Shown here piece after piece: positions 61,901 to 64,000 of a stretch of DNA of 64,000 nt. Below the pieces are notes generated by a model that saw only the letters and a list, made by a program, of their open reading frames with translations, searched no databases and was not told the DNA's origin. The first letter of the stretch is position 1; every line of letters begins with the position of its first letter. The stretch is taken from positions 62,001 through 126,000 of the forward strand of contig NIVC01002566.1 in the NCBI GenBank assembly GCA_002269645.1, written 5' to 3'. Both the position numbers and the translations under genes were made by a program. This DNA comes from Macrostomum lignano. Lineage: Eukaryota.

Positions 61901-62479
61901 GAAGCACCAGAAGGAATCCAGTGAAGGACCAGTGGGAATCCAGTGAAGGACCAGAGGGAATCCAGTGAAGGACCAGAGGGAATCCAGTGAAGCACCAGAG
62001 GGAATCCAGTGAAGGACCAGTGGGAATCCAGTGAAGGACCAGTGGGAATCCAGTGAAGGACCAGAGGGAATCCAGTGAAGGACCAGAGGGAATCCAGTGA
62101 AGGACCAGAGGGAATCCAGTGAAGGACCAGAGGGAATCCAGTGAAATACCAGAGGGAATCCAGTGAAGCACCAGTGGGAATCCAGTGAAGCACCAGAGAG
62201 AATCCAGTGAAGGACCAGAGAGAATCCAGTGAAGGACCAGAAACAGGCACGAGTCAGTTAGGAAGACAAGCCAAAATTAGCTAAATTAAACTTACCTGAG
62301 CATAAGCGGGCGAATTGTCTAATCCTTGGCTTCTATCAGTCTGAACAGCAGGTTGGGGCCGAAAATTCTTAGGCTCCGTTGAAATACGTGTCAGCCCAGT
62401 TGGATTAAAGGTTTCACCATGGACAAAGGTGCGCATCAACTGGTTGACAAACGCTGGATCACCAGCAGCAAACTGAGAC
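52920..62479 (-). CDS. TDRD9: TDRD9/spindle-E DExH RNA helicase-Tudor protein, 5'-incomplete, at least about 1605 aa; complement(join(52920..53487,53589..53624,55122..55897,57468..59594,60256..61383,62296..62479))
   Basis: GNTGCGKSTQVPQ, TQPRRIAA, DEAHER, SAT, LATNIAESSITI, QRSGRAGR, an HA2-like region, Tudor motif LAPYQGDYYRCCV...VRFIDYGN and the TDRD9-like C-terminal HIPGLPALLCLLFAP. Phases 0,0,0,2,2 are consistent. The 55897 acceptor was chosen by phase. Confidence 0.88.
53960..55015. repeat. About 30-bp minisatellite GAGCCTTGACATCTTAGCAATTCCACCTAT in a TDRD9 intron
   Basis: About 35 copies with C-run length variation. Confidence 0.95.
55947..56472. mobile_element. 526-bp MITE with long TIRs, subterminal 16-bp repeats and an 8-bp TSD (GCCTGTGA)
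   Basis: Left end GGGTTGCTTTCACAAACGCGAAATTTCA; right end reverse complement GGGTGGGTTTCACAAACGCGAAATTTCA. GCCTGTGA flanks both ends (55939-55946 / 56473-56480). Confidence 0.85.
56473..57390. repeat. 27-31-bp minisatellite GATACCCTGATATCCTTCAGTGTGACT / ...GTGTGCCTGT in a TDRD9 intron
   Basis: About 31 copies. Confidence 0.95.
61497..62240. repeat. 22-bp minisatellite CCAGTGAAGGACCAGAGGGAAT in a TDRD9 intron
   Basis: About 33 copies. Confidence 0.95.
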
Positions 62480-62979
62480 CTGCACACAAGTCAAGTTGAG
62501 TGAATATGTTAAAGGGCTTTTTCTAATAAAAATAAAACAATCTTCATTGAGGCGGCCAGAGGCCATGTGACTAGGAGTCAGTGTATCTGATCCTTATTAT
62601 CAAAGTGCTAGGTTTTTCTATCTGAAAAAAGCACTTGTCAAAGCTATTGCTAGTTTTTCAACCAAAAAGATACCTTAGATGTGGATCTCTGAGTTAAAGA
62701 AAGCTAGAGTGAATCATAGTGTATTCAGTGAGATTTGTAGTTTTCTTAGCCAGCTATAACATGCAACTAACAGCAACAATATCAATACTTCTGTTGTGTC
62801 TGAGACTAAAGTTATTTATGCCCATATCTTGTGCAACATTCTTAATGTTATAAAACACTCAATCTCATGGCAAATTTTTATTCTACTTAACTACTTGACA
62901 AAACTCGACTCAAAAAACTCAGCTTGAGTTCGTCTAGGCTCTACTGTATAGCTTAGCTTACGGAGCCAATTGCTAGACT

Positions 62980-63089
62980 CAGGGGTGTAGCCAAGGGGGG
63001 GTCATGGGGGACATGACCTCCCCTCCCAGCCAGCTGATCCAGGCCAAATTTTCAGGCCCCTCCCCCATTGCAAAGGCCTAGCACCCCTG
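62980..63089. mobile_element. Possible degenerate hAT-type MITE
   Basis: CAGGGGTGTAGCCAAGGGGGG...CTAGCACCCCTG termini (8-bp CAGGGGTG inverted match); GC-rich island in AT-rich DNA; no TSD seen. Confidence 0.35.
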
Positions 63090-64000
63090 CCCCTAGTTGC
63101 TGCTGTGAGCCTGTGACTAACTGTGACCCCCCCCCCCAGAAGGAAATCCAATATGCTAATAAATACCAAATATATTAACTTATACAATACTTCAATTTGT
63201 CAATTTTGAAACATTGCTATTAGACTAGTGTTTTCAATTTTAATATTTAATTTTAATTGGATGAAGTTAAAAAATAAAAAGATGTTTATATATCTAAAGA
63301 ACAAAAACAAAACTTGTGCATTTTTGTTAAAATTTCAAATTTTTACTTTGTAAAAAACAGGGAAATCAGTTCTGCATTAAATAGTTATCAAATTTTATAT
63401 TTATATATGCATAGAAAAGTATTGTGATTATTACTAATGTAATTGTTTCTTTTTTGGTGCATGGTAAACACCAAAATATTTTATACTCTGGATCATGTTG
63501 GATGCATGCTAGAATATATACCAGGGAGTTTTTTGTTTGTACACTTATTGAATGTCATCCTCACCAATTAAATGCTATATACACCATTGACAATAATTAA
63601 GATGCCTACAAAAAAAGCAAAAAATATATGCAAAAATATGTTTAAAAATGCACAAGAAATTATATAGCTTAAGAAAAAATTTATAACTATAGGCATTAGT
63701 ATAAAACTATTTTATAAATAATTTTGGTACAAAAATATTTTTGTAAATTCTCTCTTTTTTGTAGTAAAAATAAATAATATAAAGTAAATTTACAAGTAAT
63801 TTCAGAAACTCAAGACTGTCCCACTATACAAGCATACTATACCACATTCTATGCCATCAAGCTATTACATAGCATAGTATATGATTATGCTATATATCCA
63901 AATGTAGGCCAAAAGTTTTAGCCAAACCAAATACACACTGGAATTTTCTAGTATAATACATACTATCTAGAGTTTAAAAATTTAAATGTATATACTAAAA

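Noticed and set aside
62482-64000. Upstream TDRD9 exon, e.g. donor-like GTAAGC on the minus strand at 62961
   Set aside because: No open coding segment with matching phase could be supported; the first exon may be non-coding or outside the window.

Overview
Eukaryotic (metazoan) genomic DNA with GT-AG introns. GC-rich exons, AT-rich spacers and minisatellite-filled introns suggest a free-living flatworm such as Macrostomum (inference only). I assembled five genes by hand, checking splice phases. (1) A 10-exon, about 1255-aa protein made almost entirely of ankyrin repeats (+, 2479-28516); all nine introns hold a minisatellite, including a 16.5-kb 21-bp array. (2) A 231-aa candidate neuropeptide precursor (+, 35219-36293): signal peptide, 11 KR-flanked A(A/S)L(A/S)DF hexapeptides, a GKR amidation site and a C-terminal two-Cys peptide. 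(3,4) Two tandem ABHD17 depalmitoylase paralogues (-) sharing a 303-bp near-identical tract. (5) A TDRD9/spindle-E piRNA helicase (-, at least 6 exons, 5' end unresolved). Also present: a 5'-truncated RTE-like LINE with TSD, two tRNA-derived SINE-like elements, several MITE/foldback palindromes and about 20 tandem arrays. Most long ORFs in the supplied track are repeat artefacts. All calls come from reading the sequence; no searches were run.
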